From an uncultured Myxococcales bacterium (GTDB lineage: Bacteria > Myxococcota_A > UBA9042 > GCA-2863065), in contig CAZJHX010000039.1 of assembly GCA_964545715.1 (NCBI GenBank), forward strand, positions 4,204 to 68,203: DNA of 64,000 bases, in the 5' to 3' direction. Below, in pieces: positions 55,340 through 64,000 of the stretch. The first letter of the stretch is position 1. The number at the start of each line of letters is the position of its first letter. The notes below the pieces were generated by a model that ran no database searches, was not told the origin of the DNA, and saw nothing but the letters and a program-made list of their open reading frames with translations. The position numbers were made by a program, and so were the translations under genes.

Positions 55340-56436
55340 TTGGCTGTCTAGGACGCCATCGTCATCGGCACGGGCGGCGCAGGAAGCGCGGCCCTGACCA
55401 CCTCGCGCGACGCGGCCTGCGCACGCTGGGCCTGGATAGATTCCAGCCGGGCCACGCCCGCGGCAGCTCGCATGGCGACACCCGCGTCATTCGCCAGTGC
55501 TACTTCGAGCACCCGGACTACATCCCGCTACTGCTGCGCGCCTACGAGCTGTGGGCGGACCTGGAGCAGCGGACCGCCCGGCGGCTGTATCAACGCACCG
55601 GCGTCCTGGAGATCGGCCCAACCGACGGCATGGTGCTCCCGGGCGTGATGGCGGCGGCGGCCCGGCACAACCTGTCCATCGACTCGTTGGAGCCGGCGAA
55701 TATACGCCGCCGCTTCCCGGGGTTTGACGTACCGGAAGGCATGGCGGGCGTCTTCGAGCACGACGCCGGCATTCTGTATGTGGAGGACTGCGTGCTGGCT
55801 CACACGCGGGCGGCGCAGGCTGCCGGCGCTCAGTTGGAGATCGGGCCGGCCGTACTCGGCTTCGAGCGCACGTCGAGCGGCTTTCGGGTCGCGACCGAGT
55901 CGACGACGCACGAGTGCACGCAGCTGGTCGTGACCCCGGGCGCGTGGGCCGCTGATCTGCTGGGCATGCTGGGTCTGCGGCTGGAGGTCAGGCGCAAGGT
56001 GCTGCTGTGGTACGGCGCTGAGCGGTACGAGACGTCGCCGGTCTACCTGTACGAGCTGCCAAGCGGCATCTTCTACGGCTTTCCACAGGTTGACGGCGCC
56101 GTGAAAGTGGCGGAACACTCGGGCGGTGGACCGGCGGGCGATCCGCTGAATCTCGACCGCGAGCTGCATCGGGCCGATGTCGACCCTGTCGAGCGTTTTC
56201 TGTCCGACCACCTGCCGGGCGCGGACGCCACGGACCGTCAACGTCATGCGGTCTGCATGTACACGATGACCCCGGACGACCACTTCGTCATCGACCACGA
56301 CGACGGCCTGGCCTACGCCTGCGGTCTGAGCGGCCACGGCTTCAAGTTTGCGTCGGTCCTGGGAGAGATCCTGGCCGATCTGGCGACGACCGGCGCCACG
56401 TCGCTGCCGATCGGGATGTTCTCCAGCGCTCGCTGA
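55340..56436 (+). pseudogene. solA: N-methyl-L-tryptophan oxidase / sarcosine oxidase family (SolA-like) FAD oxidoreductase, disrupted by a premature TAG at codon 4 and a 1-nt frameshift
   Basis: TTG at 55340 gives M-A-V-TAG(55349)-DAIVIGTGGAGSAAL, which aligns to E. coli SolA MKYDLIIIGSGSVGAAAG. After about 55396 the homology continues in the -1 frame (ARRGLRTLGLDRFQPGHARGSSHGDTRVIRQCY...). The C-terminus GLSGHGFKFASVLGEI is near-identical to E. coli SolA. Confidence 0.55.
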
Positions 56437-56458
56437 CCGGCGGTGCTAGTCTCGCCCC

Positions 56459-57781
56459 ATGTTGGAGCGAAAGACGCTGACTTTCCTGTTCACACTGCCG
56501 ATCCTGGCCTGCTCGACAAGCTCGAGCGACCCCGCGCCCACAGGCCCGGAGCCCAGCGACGACGTCGTTCAGGCCGACATCGCCGAGCCCGAGGATGTCG
56601 CCGACATTGTGGGGCCGGGCCCGGCCGACACCCCTGAGCCGGACGCGGGACCACCCGACGCGGATCCGGTCGATGCGGGACCCCAGGACACCGGACCCGA
56701 AGATGCTGGCCCGGAAGACACCGGCCCGGAAGACACAGGACCCGAAGACACCGGGCCTGAAGACACCGGCCCCGAAGACACCGGACCTGTGGGACCGACG
56801 TGTGCCGCCTACGTCGAGATCACCGCCCCGGCAGCGGACACGTTCCACCTGACTTCGGCCGGGGTCACCCTTGAGGCCACGGTCACCAGCGATGCGGCGC
56901 TGGACACACTGAAGGTGCAGTGGTCAACAGCCGCTGGAGTGACACTGGGCGTGTCCGACGTTCAGGCCGACGGCACGACGTCTTTCGCCAGCGGCGCGTT
57001 GGGCCCTGACGACCAGAAGGTGGTGGCCGCTGTGCACAACGCGGACGGCGCCTGCGAGGGCGTGCCGGCCGAGCACACGCTGCTGTTGTGCAACGCGCAC
57101 GTGGTCGAAAACTTCGACGCGGCGCTGGATCCGGCCATCTGGCAGGTCAACGGCAGCGGGTCCTGGGACTCGGGCGGCTGGCTGGAGCTGACCGGCACGG
57201 TCAAGGGTCAGCTGGGGCAGATCGTCAACGTGGTGGAGTACGTGGCCAAGGGACACGCTCAGATGCGCGTCGATCTGGCGACGGGCGGCGGCTCGGACCC
57301 GGGCGCTGACGGGTTCGCCATGACCATCTTCGAGACCGACACGGTCGCTGAGCTGGAGTCGGTTATCGCGACCGCGATCAGCGGCGGGGGGCTGGGGTAC
57401 GGGGTCTCGGGTACGTACGGACCGTGGACTGGGAAGGCGCTGACCGTGGAGATCGACACCTGGTACAACAAGTTCAACGGCACCACCGAGAAGCACACCG
57501 ACCCGACCGAAGAGGACCATCTGGAGCTCACCCTGGACGGCGACCCCGGCAAGTCGCTGGCGTGGACGGCCGTGAGCGACGTCGAGGACCTGCAGTGGCG
57601 CACCGTCGAGATTCGGGTGCTGCCGGGCAAGGTCCAGGTGCGCATCGACGGCGTGCTCAGCATCGATCAGGTCATCGACCTGGACTTCCGCGGCGGCTAC
57701 ATCGTGTTCTCGGGCAGCACCGGGTACTACACAAACTTCCACCGGGTGGACAACCTCGACATCCTTCACGACTGCAAGTAG
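56459..57781 (+). CDS. Lipoprotein with a (GPEDT)x6 repeat linker and a C-terminal L-type lectin/concanavalin-like domain
   Basis: The signal is MLERKTLTFLFTLPILACSTSSS. The 15-bp repeats at about 56690-56795 encode DTGPEDAGPEDTGPEDTGPEDTGPEDTGPEDTGP. Lectin-like motifs: DGFAMTIFETD, LTVEIDTWYN, GYIVFSGSTG. Confidence 0.55.
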   Translation: MLERKTLTFLFTLPILACSTSSSDPAPTGPEPSDDVVQADIAEPEDVADIVGPGPADTPEPDAGPPDADPVDAGPQDTGPEDAGPEDTGPEDTGPEDTGPEDTGPEDTGPVGPTCAAYVEITAPAADTFHLTSAGVTLEATVTSDAALDTLKVQWSTAAGVTLGVSDVQADGTTSFASGALGPDDQKVVAAVHNADGACEGVPAEHTLLLCNAHVVENFDAALDPAIWQVNGSGSWDSGGWLELTGTVKGQLGQIVNVVEYVAKGHAQMRVDLATGGGSDPGADGFAMTIFETDTVAELESVIATAISGGGLGYGVSGTYGPWTGKALTVEIDTWYNKFNGTTEKHTDPTEEDHLELTLDGDPGKSLAWTAVSDVEDLQWRTVEIRVLPGKVQVRIDGVLSIDQVIDLDFRGGYIVFSGSTGYYTNFHRVDNLDILHDCK

Positions 57782-57790
57782 GACGGCGCC

Positions 57791-58792
57791 ATGAAGACCG
57801 TATTGACATTGTTGACGTTGATGTGGACCGCGCCCGCGTTAGGCGCCTCGCTGTTCGCTGCGCTGCCCGACAACGGCTGCGCGCTGGCCTCCAAGGACGG
57901 CAATGCGGTCGTCTGCACCGCGCTGATCGACCAGACCTGGGAGGTTACGGCGCGCAAGCGGGTCTGGCAGCGTGGGTGGCACCACACCACGGATCTGCTG
58001 CTCCGACACAAACGGCCGGGCAAGCCGACCGCGGCGGAGATCGCTCGGGTCGAGGGCGCGCTGGCCAAGCTCGGCGTGGGGACCAAACACGTTGAGATGC
58101 TGCGTGGCAAAAAGACGTGGCACGCGCCGTTCGGCCGCCGGCTGGAGCTCCGAGGGGAAGAGCTGACGTTTGTAACCGAGTCGAAGGACGGCACCATCGA
58201 GCGAGGCAGGTTGGTGCGAACGCAGGCGATGACGGTTGGAGCGGTCGCCTATGTTAAGGGCGGCCAGCGCTTCGTTGTGGCGCTGCGGCTCAAGGGCTTT
58301 GTGAAGTTCGTGGACGTCACTGCGCCGCCCCGGGTCGCGATGGCCGGCATGGGCAGCACCTTCGAGCAGGGCAAGGGCGGCATGGGGTTCAAGGGCGGCG
58401 GCTTTGGCAGAATCCACGGAGTGGGCACGATCAAAACAACCCGCTCCAAGCAGAAGCGGATTCCCGGCCGCATCAAGCTGGGCCAATACACGGTGGACGG
58501 CACGTGTGAGAAGTCCGACTTTCGCAAGGTGTTTCGGCGCCGCGCCAACTCGCTGCGTGCGTGCTACGAGCAGCGGCTCCAAAAAGACCCCAAGCTGGAG
58601 GGCACGGTCACGGTGGCGCTGACCATCGTCGAGAACGGCCGGACAACCGATGTCCGAGCGGAGAAAGCCACGCTGAAGAACAAAGGGGTCGTCGCCTGCT
58701 TCCTCCGCGTGACGCGGCGCATGGCGTTTCCCAAGCCCCAAAAGGGCACGTGTTCGGCCACCCAAACGGTCGCGCTGACCCCCGCGAAGTAG
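57791..58792 (+). CDS. Secreted AgmX/PglI C-terminal domain-containing protein
   Basis: The signal is MKTVLTLLTLMWTAPALGA. The C-terminus (CEKSDFRKVFRRRANSLRACYEQRLQKDPKLEGTVTVALTIVENGRTTDVRAEKATLKNKGVVACFLRVTRRMAFPKPQKGTCSATQTVALTP) parallels the C-terminus of the 12129..13841 gene. Confidence 0.55.
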   Translation: MKTVLTLLTLMWTAPALGASLFAALPDNGCALASKDGNAVVCTALIDQTWEVTARKRVWQRGWHHTTDLLLRHKRPGKPTAAEIARVEGALAKLGVGTKHVEMLRGKKTWHAPFGRRLELRGEELTFVTESKDGTIERGRLVRTQAMTVGAVAYVKGGQRFVVALRLKGFVKFVDVTAPPRVAMAGMGSTFEQGKGGMGFKGGGFGRIHGVGTIKTTRSKQKRIPGRIKLGQYTVDGTCEKSDFRKVFRRRANSLRACYEQRLQKDPKLEGTVTVALTIVENGRTTDVRAEKATLKNKGVVACFLRVTRRMAFPKPQKGTCSATQTVALTPAK

Positions 58793-58864
58793 CCAATGCC
58801 GGTTTAGGGGTGTTCAAAGACCGATTCCCGACTACACTCCGACCCGCTAAAGGGAGGGTAATCC

Positions 58865-60526
58865 ATGGCAGGCAAACAGATTCTGGACTTTGTGTACGAG
58901 CGTGAAGCGGCGCAGCCGAACAAGCGCTACATGATTCAGCCGTACGATGGCGGCAAGACCACCGAGTACACCTGGGGCGAGACACTTCAGCAGGCTCGCA
59001 AGTTCGCGACCTGGCTTCAGGGCCAGGGGCTGCAGCCCGGTGACAAGATCGCCATGGTCAGCAAGAACTGCGCGCATTTCATCATCAGCGAGCTGGCGAT
59101 CTGGATGGCCGGGTACGTCACCGTTGCGGTCTACCCCACCGTCAACGAGAAGACGCTGAGCTACATCCTGGGCGACAGCGACGCCAAGCTGCTCATCGTC
59201 GGCAAGCTGGACACCTGGGACGAGATGAAGGGTGGCGCGCCGGCCGATCTGCCCAAAGTGGCGCTGCCGCTGGCACCCAAGACCGACATTCAAAGCTTTG
59301 ACGATGTGATCGCCGATCAGGAGCCGCTGGCGGGCAACCCCGCGCGTGACCCGTCAGAGCTGGCCATCCTGCTCTACACGTCCGGCTCCACCGGCGATCC
59401 CAAGGGCGTCATGCACAGCTTCGGCGCCATGTCGGACGCGGCCCGCGGCATCGTCACCGGGCTGAAGATCACGCCGGACGACCGCGGCCTGTCGTATCTG
59501 CCGCTGGCGCACGTGTTCGAGCGCGCCTACGTCGAGTGCGCGTCGCTGGTCGCCGGGCACACGATCTTCTTCGCGGAGGCGCTGACCACGTTCGTCAAGG
59601 ACCTGCAGCGCGCCGAGCCCACGCTGTTCATCTCGGTGCCGCGGCTGTGGCTGAAGTTTCAGCAGGGCGTCTTTCAGAAGATGCCGCCCAAGAAGCTGGC
59701 CTTCCTGCTCAAGATCCCGATCCTGGGGGGCATCGTCTCGAAGAAAGTGCTCACCGGACTGGGCCTGCAGCACGTGCGCCTGGCCGGGTCGGGGTCGGCG
59801 CCGATCCCCGGCGAGCTGATCGCCTGGTACCGCAACCTGGGGCTGAACCTGCTCGAGGGCTACGCCATGAGCGAGGACTTCGCGTACAGCCACCTGTCCA
59901 CGCTGGAGGCCTCGGAGCCCGGCTACGTCGGCGTCCCGTACCCCGAGGTCAAGGTGCGCATCAGCGAGGAGGGCGAGATCCTGATCGACTCCCCCGGCAA
60001 GATGATGGGCTACTACAAAAAGGACGAGCTGACCAAGGAGTGCTTCACGGACGACGGCTTCTTCAAGACCGGCGACCGCGGCGCCCGCAAGTCCAACGGC
60101 CTGCTGAAGATCACCGGCCGCGTCAAGGAGCTCTTCAAGACCTCAAAGGGCAAGTACATCGCGCCCGCGCCCATCGAGAACATCCTCAACAACCACCCCA
60201 GCGTGGAGCTCAGCTGCGTCACCGGCTCCGGGCAGCCTCAGGCCTACGCGCTGATCCTGCCGGCCGAGGCGCTGCAGTCCAAGCTGGGCGACCCCGCCGT
60301 CAAGCAGCAGCTCACCGACGACTTGACGGCCCTGCTGGCCGAGGTCAACGGCAAAGTGGAGCACCACGAGCACCTGCAGTGCCTGGTGGCGGTGTCGGAT
60401 AAATGGGAGATCGGCAACGGCTTCCTGACGCCGACGATGAAGATCCGCCGCACCACCATCGAGGACACGTACAAAGACAACGTGACCGGGTGGTACGAGA
60501 AGGGCCAGAAGGTGGTCTGGGCGTAA
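58865..60526 (+). CDS. AMP-dependent synthetase/ligase (long-chain fatty acid--CoA ligase family)
   Basis: AMP-binding motifs: LLYTSGSTGDPKGVMHS, GYAMSE and TGDRGARKSNGLLKITGRVKE. A GGAGG-like stretch sits upstream. Confidence 0.85.
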   Translation: MAGKQILDFVYEREAAQPNKRYMIQPYDGGKTTEYTWGETLQQARKFATWLQGQGLQPGDKIAMVSKNCAHFIISELAIWMAGYVTVAVYPTVNEKTLSYILGDSDAKLLIVGKLDTWDEMKGGAPADLPKVALPLAPKTDIQSFDDVIADQEPLAGNPARDPSELAILLYTSGSTGDPKGVMHSFGAMSDAARGIVTGLKITPDDRGLSYLPLAHVFERAYVECASLVAGHTIFFAEALTTFVKDLQRAEPTLFISVPRLWLKFQQGVFQKMPPKKLAFLLKIPILGGIVSKKVLTGLGLQHVRLAGSGSAPIPGELIAWYRNLGLNLLEGYAMSEDFAYSHLSTLEASEPGYVGVPYPEVKVRISEEGEILIDSPGKMMGYYKKDELTKECFTDDGFFKTGDRGARKSNGLLKITGRVKELFKTSKGKYIAPAPIENILNNHPSVELSCVTGSGQPQAYALILPAEALQSKLGDPAVKQQLTDDLTALLAEVNGKVEHHEHLQCLVAVSDKWEIGNGFLTPTMKIRRTTIEDTYKDNVTGWYEKGQKVVWA

Positions 60527-60529
60527 CGC

Positions 60530-61039
60530 TCAGTCGGTGTGAATCAAACCGGCGACGGCCGCCAGCGTGCGGCGACGGCGCCAGGCCCACCACGGCAGCG
60601 AATCCGACCGCTGCAGCGCGTCCAGTCGGCGCTGTGTGACAGCCAGCCGCTCCTCGGCCTGCTCCTGACGCACACGCGCCAGCTCGGCGACGACGTGGGA
60701 GTGCTTGGCGCTCTCTTCGGCGCGCTCCAACGAGATTCTGGCTTTCTCCAGCTCGTGGGCGGTGTGCAGCTCCGAGATGTGCAACTGATCCAGCGCCTCG
60801 GCCGCATCGGCGCGCGCCCGCTCAGCCTGGCCCAGCGCCTCGGCCTGCGAGGCCAGCAGCGTGTCGATGCGCGCCTCGTACCGCTCCACCAGCGCCAGAG
60901 CGCGTCGTGACGGCACCATCGGCGTGACGAGGTCGGAGCCCGAGTCGTCCCAGTGCTCAACGAACTCGGTTGGGCTCTGCTCGGTGTTCGTGGCGAGGCG
61001 GTCGCCGGAAAAGTCGTCGTTATTGTGCAGGTCTTTCAT
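60530..61039 (-). CDS. Hypothetical coiled-coil protein
   Basis: An Ala/Glu/Arg-rich heptad-like region (LDQLHISELHTAHELEKARISLERAEE). A possible SD (AGGGGG) lies about 12 nt upstream of ATG 61039. Confidence 0.4.
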   Translation of the reverse strand: MKDLHNNDDFSGDRLATNTEQSPTEFVEHWDDSGSDLVTPMVPSRRALALVERYEARIDTLLASQAEALGQAERARADAAEALDQLHISELHTAHELEKARISLERAEESAKHSHVVAELARVRQEQAEERLAVTQRRLDALQRSDSLPWWAWRRRRTLAAVAGLIHTD

Positions 61040-61157
61040 CGATCGTGGTTCCCCCTGAGGAGCTCAGTTTCGACCCGGTATCGGCCCGGGTCCAGAAAAC
61101 CGTCCACAACCTGGATCCACACGCGCCAAACCACCGGCCTCGGCGTACACTGCGCGC

Positions 61158-62000
61158 ATGACATCCTGGTGGGACAAGACGGAGCTGGGGGCCACGGGCC
61201 TGAAGATCAGCCGAATCGGGCTCGGCTCGGCGTACGGACTGAGCCAAAGCGACGTGGAGTACGCCCACGAGCGCGGCCTCAACTTCTACATGTGGGGCTC
61301 GGTGCGCAGACCCGCCTTCGGCCGCGGCGTGCGCGCGATCTGCCAAAAGGACCGCGACTGTGCCGTCGTCGCGCTGCAGACCTACGACCGCTCCAAAATC
61401 TTGATGAAGCCGATGTTGTGCAAGGGCCTGCGCGAGCTGCGCATCGACTACGCCGACATCCTGATCCTGTCGTGGTGGAACAAGATGCCCAGCGAGCGCA
61501 TCAAAGACGCCGCGCGTCGCCTCAAGGATCAGGGGCTGGTCAAGCACATCGCCGTGTCCTGCCACGAGCGCACGACGTTTGAGCACTTCATCAACGATCC
61601 GTACTTTGAGGCGATCTGGGTGCGCTACAACGCGGCCCACCCCGGCGCCGAGACGGACACCTTCCCCCACCTGGGCGACTCCGGCACCGGCGTCGTCGGC
61701 TACACCGGCACGCGCTGGGCCTCGCTGCTGAAGCCCGAGCTGACGCCACCGGGCGATCAGACCCCACGCGGCTCAGACTGCTACCGCTTTCAGCTGAACA
61801 ACCCGCACGTCCACGCCGCCATCAGCGGCCCCGCCAACCGGCTGCAGCTGGACGAGGCGATGGCAGCCCTGGACCGCGGCCCGCTCAGCGCGGAAGAGGA
61901 CGAGTGGATACGCCGCGTCGGACGCCACGTAAAGCTCAAAACCGGCAAACGCGCGATGGAGGTCATCGACGACGCGGCCGGCGCGCGAACGCACACGTAA
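61158..62000 (+). CDS. Aldo/keto reductase family oxidoreductase
   Basis: AKR-like motifs: ISRIGLGSAYG, GLNFYMWGS and LRELRIDYADILILSWWN (the DYIDLYxxHWP region). Confidence 0.55.
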   Translation: MTSWWDKTELGATGLKISRIGLGSAYGLSQSDVEYAHERGLNFYMWGSVRRPAFGRGVRAICQKDRDCAVVALQTYDRSKILMKPMLCKGLRELRIDYADILILSWWNKMPSERIKDAARRLKDQGLVKHIAVSCHERTTFEHFINDPYFEAIWVRYNAAHPGAETDTFPHLGDSGTGVVGYTGTRWASLLKPELTPPGDQTPRGSDCYRFQLNNPHVHAAISGPANRLQLDEAMAALDRGPLSAEEDEWIRRVGRHVKLKTGKRAMEVIDDAAGARTHT

Positions 62001-62382
62001 GCGCCAGATCTCACCTGTTGTGCCGGGAGTGACCTGCTTGGCTCAGCGGCGGCGCAAGCCATCAGTGAAACCCGTTGGCTTGCAAGGGCGATTCACTTAG
62101 CCCTGAAAGCGCGAAACTGAACGGCCGTTGACGGGAAAACCCCCTCAGACCGTTGGAATCACAAGTTAATTCTTTACACGGCTCAGTGAAAAAAAAACAT
62201 TGATCCGCGAAGTTGCGTTGCTTCATAGTCATGATCGGGCGCTGGACGCACCCATTTTTCCAGACAAAGAGACGCCGCCTGCGCGTGGTTGGACCCGGAC
62301 GGTCCATCCAGCGCCGTCCTGCGTCTCATCGCTGCGAGGAGGATAGCCGGAAGGTGCTGCGCACGATGCGGAGGCCAGGGTT

Positions 62383-63183
62383 ATGCCGGAGTACACGAAA
62401 CATCCGCTGGGCCACGGATTGCTGGTCGCGTTCGAGCACATCGCGCTCAATGACGGCACGTTTCAGCATCGCGCTGAATTGCGCGTGGCCTCGCTCGTGA
62501 AGCAGATTCAGCAGAACGGGCAGCTGGTCCCCGTCCTGTTGCGTCCCCGACCAGATGGCAGGCTTCAGCTGGTATCGGGCGCTCGGCGCGTCGAGGCCTT
62601 GCGTACTCTGGGCCGGCGGTCCGTTCTTGCGGTGGTGAGGGAGCTGGACGACGAGGAGGCCTTCGCCGCGTCGGTCCGAGATAACGTCGAGCGACAGTCG
62701 CTATCCGACATCGATGTCGGCCGCGCGATACTGGCATATCAGGCGACCCATCCAGATGTGACGGTAGCCCGGCTGACGACCGTCTTTGGGATGCAAGAGC
62801 GCAAGCTGCAGCGGCTGAAACAGTTGACGGTGCTGCCCGACCCGCTCAAGGGCGCGCTGCGAGACGGCAAGGTATCGACAGCGCAAGCCATCCGGCTCAA
62901 ACAGCTGCTTGGGGCCGATCTCACCGACGAACAAGTGCGCTACTGGGTTGGTCGGATCGACCGAGAGGACCTTACCGTCTCGGGACTGGTCAAGGCGGTG
63001 AAGGTGCAACGGTTCCAGGCCCGCGATTGGCAGGGGCCGGCCAGGTTTGTCGATACCGCTCGCGAACACACGCTGAGGTTTCGCCCGGTCGTCTATGACC
63101 TCAACCGGCTGCCGCACAAGGGTCGCATCCGACTGGCGGACGAACTCCGGCGCATTGCGGGCGTGCTGGAGGGCACCGCGTGA
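62383..63183 (+). CDS. ParB/Sulfiredoxin (ParB N-terminal-like) domain protein
   Basis: PVLLRPRPDGRLQLVSGARRVEALRTLG contains the ParB GxRR motif. Helical C-terminal region. No ParA neighbour. Confidence 0.55.
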   Translation: MPEYTKHPLGHGLLVAFEHIALNDGTFQHRAELRVASLVKQIQQNGQLVPVLLRPRPDGRLQLVSGARRVEALRTLGRRSVLAVVRELDDEEAFAASVRDNVERQSLSDIDVGRAILAYQATHPDVTVARLTTVFGMQERKLQRLKQLTVLPDPLKGALRDGKVSTAQAIRLKQLLGADLTDEQVRYWVGRIDREDLTVSGLVKAVKVQRFQARDWQGPARFVDTAREHTLRFRPVVYDLNRLPHKGRIRLADELRRIAGVLEGTA

Positions 63184-63986
63184 CGGAGGATTGTGCAGCC
63201 AGGGCAGCCGACATCGATGTCGGCAGCGTCGCAGGCGCACGATCTGTGTCCGTAATGATCCCGGCCTACCGCGCCGGGCGGTGGATTGCAGGCGCCGTGA
63301 ACTCAGTCCTGGCGCAACAGCTTCCTGCGGGGTGGACGTTGGAGGTGCTGGTGGGCGTCGACGCGTGTCCAGAGACGTTCGAAGCCGCAAGAACCATCGA
63401 GGATCCACGAGTGCGACTCTTCGAGATGGCGTCCAATGTCGGGCCATACGTTGTGCTGAACACGCTGTGCGACCACGTGGCCGGCGACTACATGACCTTT
63501 CATGGCGCTGACGACGAGATGGTGGGTGGGCGTCTCACGGCCATGCTGGCGCTGTTGACCGAGTGGCCGGCCGGCGAAGCGATTGCGGGCACCTGGTTTG
63601 TCGACACGAACGAAGCTCTTCAACCGCTGCGATGGCATCGGAGCCCGGCCGATGGCGCGATCATGATCCACCGCCGGCTCATCGAGCGCATCGGCGGGTT
63701 TCGCGCGTGGCGCTGTGCCGCGGACACGGATTTTGTCATCCGGGCCCTGGCCCTGGGCGTCGAGCCGGTGACCGTCGATCAGTTCTTGTTGTTGCGCAGG
63801 TGCCACGCGCAGCAGCTGACGGCCGCGGGCACTACGGGTCACTTCAGCGCCCTACGCGCCGAGTATCGGGCCGAGATCCAAACGCAGATCGATCGCCTGA
63901 GAGCGGGGCATCCGCCGGACGTTGTCCAGCGCTGTACGGCGCCGGTTGCACGCATGATCCAACGGGCCGCTTCGTGTGCGGAATAG
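63180..63986 (+). CDS. Glycosyltransferase family 2 protein
   Basis: The GTG start overlaps the ParB-like stop (GTGA). GT-A features: VSVMIPAYRAGRWIAGAVNSVLAQQ and the DxD-like GADDE. Confidence 0.6.
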   Translation: MTEDCAARAADIDVGSVAGARSVSVMIPAYRAGRWIAGAVNSVLAQQLPAGWTLEVLVGVDACPETFEAARTIEDPRVRLFEMASNVGPYVVLNTLCDHVAGDYMTFHGADDEMVGGRLTAMLALLTEWPAGEAIAGTWFVDTNEALQPLRWHRSPADGAIMIHRRLIERIGGFRAWRCAADTDFVIRALALGVEPVTVDQFLLLRRCHAQQLTAAGTTGHFSALRAEYRAEIQTQIDRLRAGHPPDVVQRCTAPVARMIQRAASCAE

Positions 63987-64000
63987 GCGGCGTCGCGGGC

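Noticed and set aside
57839-58765. 308-aa minus-strand ORF antisense to the AgmX/PglI-C protein
   Set aside because: Low-complexity translation. The plus frame has a signal peptide and the conserved C-terminal domain.
62040-62110. tRNA-like sequence ggctcagcggcggcgcaagcc...cttagccc
   Set aside because: No acceptable cloverleaf, no T-loop GTTCRA consensus and no 3' CCA-compatible acceptor stem.
62062-62307. 81-aa minus-strand and 95-aa plus-strand (62213..62500) ORFs in the long intergenic gap
   Set aside because: Low-complexity, no start context, and lower GC typical of non-coding DNA here.

Overview
This 64-kb window is high-GC (about 68-70%) and almost fully coding. It looks like a chromosomal segment from a member of the Myxococcota. 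Three things point that way: several exported proteins end in MYXO-CTERM-type tails (G-C-rich motif, hydrophobic helix, basic residues); two proteins carry the AgmX/PglI C-terminal domain; and there is a Ser/Thr kinase plus many Cys-rich lipoproteins. I call about 45 protein genes.

Recognisable core genes:
- cydA and cydB (cytochrome bd oxidase), translationally coupled by ATGA overlaps to a VWA-domain MYXO-CTERM protein.
- A DgoK-like sugar-acid kinase, an FKBP PPIase with duplicated FKBP domains, and Leu/Phe-tRNA-protein transferase (aat).
- An SDR dehydrogenase, an NAD-dependent epimerase, a long-chain acyl-CoA ligase and an aldo/keto reductase.
- A histidine kinase / OmpR-type regulator pair, tandem CBS-pair proteins and a TraB/GumN protein.

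The standout feature is a pair of adjacent giant lipoprotein genes (40668..49397, 2909 aa; 49529..55336, 1935 aa). Both are built from about 15 copies of a roughly 150-aa Cys/His-rich tandem module that I cannot assign to any named domain. The modules are interspersed with pre-peptidase-C-terminal-like beta-sandwich domains, a lamin-tail domain and two complete cupredoxin (type-1 copper) domains. The underlying DNA repeats with a period of about 450 bp.

Other notable items:
- A solA (N-methyltryptophan oxidase) homolog directly downstream of the giants, inactivated by a premature TAG at codon 4 plus a 1-nt deletion.
- A 4-gene coupled cluster containing a PHM/DBH-like two-copper monooxygenase lipoprotein.
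- A FIST / thioredoxin-like / HExxH coupled operon.
- A Ser/Thr kinase with YD-like extracellular repeats and a C-terminal PDZ domain.
- A 1300-aa protein with about 12 C-x-D-x-D-N-D-C-D-G putative metal-binding repeats.
- L-type lectin proteins with TSP3 or GPEDT repeats.

I did not see rRNA, tRNA, CRISPR arrays or mobile-element genes. Many long antisense ORFs in the six-frame track are GC artefacts. All calls rest on reading the translations and motifs by eye; no searches were run.
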